Source: Selaginella moellendorffii
Lineage: Eukaryota; Plantae; Lycopodiophyta
DNA length: 64,000 nt
Assembly: GCF_000143415.4 (NCBI RefSeq)
Contig: NW_003314308.1
Coordinates: forward strand, 372,001-436,000
Reading direction: 5' to 3'
Shown here: in pieces, positions 59,676 to 64,000 of the stretch
How positions within the stretch are numbered: the first letter of the stretch is position 1
Layout of the letters: every line of letters starts with the position of its first letter
Notes under the pieces: generated by a model
The model's input: only the letters and a program-made list of their open reading frames with translations
What the model was told of the DNA's origin: nothing
The model's database searches: none
Made by a program: the position numbers and the translations under genes

Positions 59676-62201
59676 CTAGCCAGTCCACGCATCTGGAGAC
59701 AAGTAGTCCTTGAAAGCGTGCATCCTGGCCAGGGTCTTGGCCGGCAGCTTGTTGGACAGCAGCAGCTGCTGGCGGCGCCGCCCTTTGACCCCCGCCCGCC
59801 AGTCGAGCTTCTCGATAAACGCGTGACGCCGCCGTTGACTCATCCTCCTCTCGTGCGGATGCCCCTGGAGCAGCGATCTCCACGTCGGCTCCCTCATCCA
59901 CCGCCAGAGGTACCGCGGCCTCCGCCGGTTCTCCATCACTCTCCTCCTCCACCGCCGCTTGGCGTCCTCGAGCCTGTGTACCGCGGCATTTAGATTGAGC
60001 AGCAGCACGTACGCGGTCTCGTTCCCCGGGTTGATCTCCAGCGCGCGGATGGCGGCCTCCCGCCCGAGCTTGACGTTGGCTAGGCCGCCGTGGAGCCGGC
60101 AAAAGCCCAGCAAGCTCGTCCACTCCACGTCCCCGGGCTCGTACTCCATGCTCTCAATGAGCTCTTTGGCAGCCCCCAGATGCCCGCCCCGCCCAAAGAG
60201 ATGGATCAAACACCGGTAGTGCGCCAAGCTCGGCCTCATCCCATAGTCCGAGATCATGGCCTGGAAGACGCCGCGGCCCCAGCGCGCAACGCGCGATCTA
60301 CCACACGTCGCAAGCACGCTCGTGAACGTCACCTCGTCTGGGGCGAGCCCCTCGAGTTGCATGGCGCTGAAGAGACGGAGAACCCGTGGCGTGTGCCCGT
60401 ACAGCCCGTGCGCCGCGATGAGCGCGTTCCAGTACACGGGCTCGCCGCGCGGCGTACCGCGGGGCGCCGCCGCGGTGTTGCCGTAGCGGGACCGCATCGC
60501 CGCCGCGTCGCCGCAGCGCGCGTACATGTTGACCAGCGCCACCTGGATCGAGGCTGTTGACTCGAGTGCCGGGCCCGTTGACTTGAGCTGTGCGTGGACT
60601 CGCTTGCCCAGCTCGAGGTCGCCCAGCCGCGCGCACGCCCCGAGAATGCTCGTGAAGGTCACCTCGTCGGGCTCCAGGCCCCGGACTCCCATGGCCGAAA
60701 AGAAATCCGCGGCTTGGCGGTCGGATCCGAGCTGGGCGTAGGCGGAAAGCATTGCGTTCCACGAAACCAGGCCCCTCTTCTCGTCCGGGATGCTCTCGAA
60801 CGCTTCCTTCGCTCGGGAGAGGCTCCCACACTTGGCGTACATTGTGATGAGCGTGTTCGTCAAGACCCATTGCGAGCACGGTTGCTCCATCGTGTTGGAC
60901 GGTTGGGAGGAGAGGAATCTCTCGTGGATCTTGGAGCCCAGGTCGAGAGCTGGGGGGCCGATCAAGGAACATGCCGAGAGGACGGTGGTGAAGGTCAAGT
61001 TGTTCGGCTGGATGCTTTCGGCTATCATTTGCTGGTAGAGATCCAGTGCTTGAGCAGCGTAGAGATGGCCGAGTTGTACATATGCTGCGATCATGGTGGT
61101 CCAGGCGAGAGCACTGCTTCTTTTGGGTTTTTGCAAGATCACGTCTCTAAAGATCCTCTCGGACTCTTCGATCTGATTAAACTTTGCATACGACTTGATA
61201 AGACCACAATAGATTCCATCGTCGTGTTGCATGCCACTCTCGACAATCACGGCATGGACGAGATTCAAGAGCCTCAAACTCGAGCAAGACGTGACGATCG
61301 TAGAGAATGTAAACTCGTCTGGAAAGACTCCCTCGCAGCTCATCCCGTGATATAAATTGATTGCCTGGGTGTTATGCCCAGTTTGGGCATATGCCGCAAG
61401 CATTGCGTTCCACGAGATCACGTCCCTCTCTTTCATCCTATCAAACGTCCCTCGAGCTTCCGCCACCTTCCCACACTTTGCATACATGTCCAAGAGCGCG
61501 GTCTCGACAACGAGATTGGAATCCAAGCACCCAGAAGAGATTTTTTCGTCGATAGCTTTGCCAGTTTGGAGATCGCCGGAGGCGGCACAAGAACCCAAAA
61601 CGCTCGCGAGTATAACGCAGTCGGCTTTCACCACCATTGTCTTTGTTTCTTGCATTCTTTGGAACAAATCTATCGCTTGTTTGTGATGCCCGGACTGGGC
61701 ATACGCCGAGATCATTAAACCCCACGAGTAAACATTGCGTTTGCTCTCGGGAATTCCTTCGAAAGCCCGTCTTGCCTCGCCCAAGCTGCCGCATTTCCCG
61801 TACATTTGCACGAGGAGATTCCCGAGGAAGGGGTTCGGAGACTGGCCAGTAGAAACTATGTGAGCGTGGACGCGTCGGCCATCTTCTAGAGCTCGAGCCC
61901 GACCACATCGCCTCAAAAGCTCTGCGTAGGAGGAAGAGAGCGCGGAAGTCCAAGAAGAACAAGAAGAAGATGAAGAGACGACGACAAGATCTAGCGTTTG
62001 CTCCAGACTCCGATCGGCTGCCACGCACAAAAACCTGCGAAAAACTTGAGGCAGCCGAGAAGATGGATCCAAGCCCTTCATAAAGAAAGAGATAATCCAG
62101 GTTTCTTTTTCCTCTCTTAGAGGATGGAGGAAAATTGAGGAAAGCAAGAGAAGCGATCGTGGATTGGTATTATTTTCAAGAGTTACAAGTGGCCAAAGCA
62201 T
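59676..62201 (-). CDS. PLS-class PPR protein with an E domain and a decayed DYW-like tail
   Basis: P-L-S triplets, E domain EWTSLLGFCRLHG..AYVLLLNL, and a tail containing HAFIEKL and RMHAFKD. Confidence 0.88.
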   Translation of the reverse strand: MLWPLVTLENNTNPRSLLLLSSIFLHPLREEKETWIISFFMKGLDPSSRLPQVFRRFLCVAADRSLEQTLDLVVVSSSSSCSSWTSALSSSYAELLRRCGRARALEDGRRVHAHIVSTGQSPNPFLGNLLVQMYGKCGSLGEARRAFEGIPESKRNVYSWGLMISAYAQSGHHKQAIDLFQRMQETKTMVVKADCVILASVLGSCAASGDLQTGKAIDEKISSGCLDSNLVVETALLDMYAKCGKVAEARGTFDRMKERDVISWNAMLAAYAQTGHNTQAINLYHGMSCEGVFPDEFTFSTIVTSCSSLRLLNLVHAVIVESGMQHDDGIYCGLIKSYAKFNQIEESERIFRDVILQKPKRSSALAWTTMIAAYVQLGHLYAAQALDLYQQMIAESIQPNNLTFTTVLSACSLIGPPALDLGSKIHERFLSSQPSNTMEQPCSQWVLTNTLITMYAKCGSLSRAKEAFESIPDEKRGLVSWNAMLSAYAQLGSDRQAADFFSAMGVRGLEPDEVTFTSILGACARLGDLELGKRVHAQLKSTGPALESTASIQVALVNMYARCGDAAAMRSRYGNTAAAPRGTPRGEPVYWNALIAAHGLYGHTPRVLRLFSAMQLEGLAPDEVTFTSVLATCGRSRVARWGRGVFQAMISDYGMRPSLAHYRCLIHLFGRGGHLGAAKELIESMEYEPGDVEWTSLLGFCRLHGGLANVKLGREAAIRALEINPGNETAYVLLLNLNAAVHRLEDAKRRWRRRVMENRRRPRYLWRWMREPTWRSLLQGHPHERRMSQRRRHAFIEKLDWRAGVKGRRRQQLLLSNKLPAKTLARMHAFKDYLSPDAWTG

Positions 62202-63244
62202 AGATCCTTGACGACTACTTTGGTTGTCTGGCTTCTCCTAGAGTCGAGCTCCGCAAAGCCAAAAACCGGGCGAGAAGGATGAGATACACGCAAGAAGAGG
62301 TTTTTGAATTGGAACAGCAGTGAAGGGAGACATCGTTCTCAGATCCCAATGCGAAGTGTTGCAGGAGTGTCATCTCTCTGCATTGATCAAAGAACACAGT
62401 GAACACTGTAAATCATCTGGAGTAATTTACTTGGCGATCGCGATCTCCGCAGTGAACCTCATAGATGACTTGGTCCTCCCCAAGGAGACCATGCAGAAAC
62501 TTCCGAGGCGGCGGGCGCAAGATCTGGGGGATTGTCATCGTCGTCGTCCCCATGCACGAAGACGAACTTTTCGAACAAAGAATCTCGCAGTGCCATTGTA
62601 TCAAGAGAGAGGACTTCTCGAGAGGGAAGAGAGGAGGAACTAGAAAATGTAATAAACACTGAGGTTCACTCGCCGGAGTTCACGATAGAAATACACGACC
62701 ACATAGTCTACGTGGCCGTGCCAGGCCGATGTGGCACCACGCATCCCCTGCATGGTGCTCGTGGAAGCCACGTGGATGAAACGTTACTCACGTATGCTGA
62801 CCTTCTTTGACTATGGTTGTTCATGCGATCATGTATTGCATGGCCAGGATTTATGTTAAAGACTTGATTATCACGGCTCTCAGGGCTAACACTAGCATTC
62901 ACAATGCTGCCAAGCGAGTTTAGGAGTTAGAGTTGGTCCCAGGAGGTCCAGCTGTTTGATGGTACCGAAGTCTTTCACGCATTGATCAAAAACAAACTCA
63001 GCTACTTGAGAAGAGGGTTATTCAGTGTGTCTATTTCATTATTGTTCTTAATATTTATTTTATATTTCATATATCAGTTATCTCTTTTACTTGTATTTTA
63101 TGTATAGAATTCAATTACTTATTCTGAAATAATTCTTTTGTCACTATTGGTTTTTATTTATGTTTTTGTATTTATTCAAAAATTAATTACTCTATGTTGA
63201 CAATATTTTCTTTTGCTATATGCTTGATTAAAAATCATAATCAA

Positions 63245-63863
63245 GGGGGCTTCTTAGGCCAACCCAATATTACTCAAGCCCTAAGGCATTTAACTTTAAA
63301 TATCCCAAAATCCTTAACTAATTAAAAAAAAAGAGTGCACTTATGAACTCTTTCCCTTTATATTTAAACCCTTATAGATAGTTTCTTAAATTATTCTCCC
63401 TGATTGCTTATAAATAGCTTGTGGCAATTGCAAAACTTCATTAATAGTATTAGATCATGACTATTATAGAAGTTTATATCCACATACTAAAAAGACAATA
63501 AATAAACATTTCAATCCAAATGCTAAAAAGTTATATATATTTACAATCATCTCTTTGAATATCAAAAATAACCATTCCACTAAACCATCCATTTATGAAT
63601 GATAAGCATTTGTGAAAATGTGATATATCTCTAGTTAAGACATTTGAAATATAAAATACCTCAACTATAAATCAAGACTATTATCTTGTAAGCAACCAAA
63701 GAGAACGACTTAAGAGATGATCCATAGGGTTCAAATATAGAAGGAAAAGGCCCATGAATAAGAGTGCACTTTTTTTTCTAATCAGTTAAGAGTCTTGAGA
63801 TATTTGGGGTTAAGCGTCCTTGGGTTTGAATAATACTGGGCTGGGTGACCTCCTAGGAAGTCT
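63245..63863. mobile_element. Non-autonomous long-TIR element (MULE-like MITE/foldback)
   Basis: 63245-63420 and ~63675-63863 are ~175-190-bp inverted repeats (e.g. cttaactaattaaaaaaaaagagtgcac vs gtgcactttttttttctaatcagttaag) differing mostly by transitions. AT-rich noncoding core. No clean TSD. Confidence 0.75.
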
Positions 63864-64000
63864 AAACTCAGAAGCTTACATTTGGTACTGGAACGGTCTC
63901 GAGTCCGACTCTATTGGTTGGCTAAAGGAATCGCACCACATGTTGATTGACATTTGGCTAGTTCAGTTTGCTCCTGCTAGGCTCGACCCGAGGGGTAGGG

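Noticed and set aside
62215-63000. Short ORFs upstream of the last PPR gene
   Set aside because: No motif or consistent exon structure recognised.

Overview
Gene-dense plant nuclear DNA with ~50-60 bp GT-AG introns, many intronless PLS-class PPR genes and telo-box promoters. These traits point to a lycophyte, probably Selaginella (inference). Apparently intact genes: MTP5, MSI1, a DUF1218 protein, a very small thaumatin-like protein, AAR2, a RING-CH E3 ligase, RPS5, ALWAYS EARLY/LIN9, HOP/STI1, a GRAS factor, five PPR genes, a fungal-type FAD-linked (BBE-like) oxidoreductase, tRNA-Gly(CCC), ALG6, an A1 aspartic protease, caffeoyl shikimate esterase and a conserved membrane protein. Structure the ORF track does not show: (1) three box C/D snoRNAs in a cluster at 29.9-30.2 kb (minus strand) with guides matching 25S and 18S rRNA; (2) an eroded tandem amplification of an MTP5'-orphan-MSI1' segment at 4.9-10.2 kb that contains a papain-like pseudo-peptidase ORF; (3) a segmental duplication (12.5-19.0 kb vs 23.7-28.8 kb) with reciprocal gene loss, an internal inversion and a RING-CH copy that seems to have gained a new start codon; (4) an inverted, deletion-riddled copy of the FAD oxidoreductase bounded by a 30-bp direct repeat; (5) hAT relics, a CpG-depleted AT-rich block, a CYP98A fragment and a long-TIR MITE. 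Identifications come from recalled family motifs, not database searches. Multi-exon gene bounds were read by eye.
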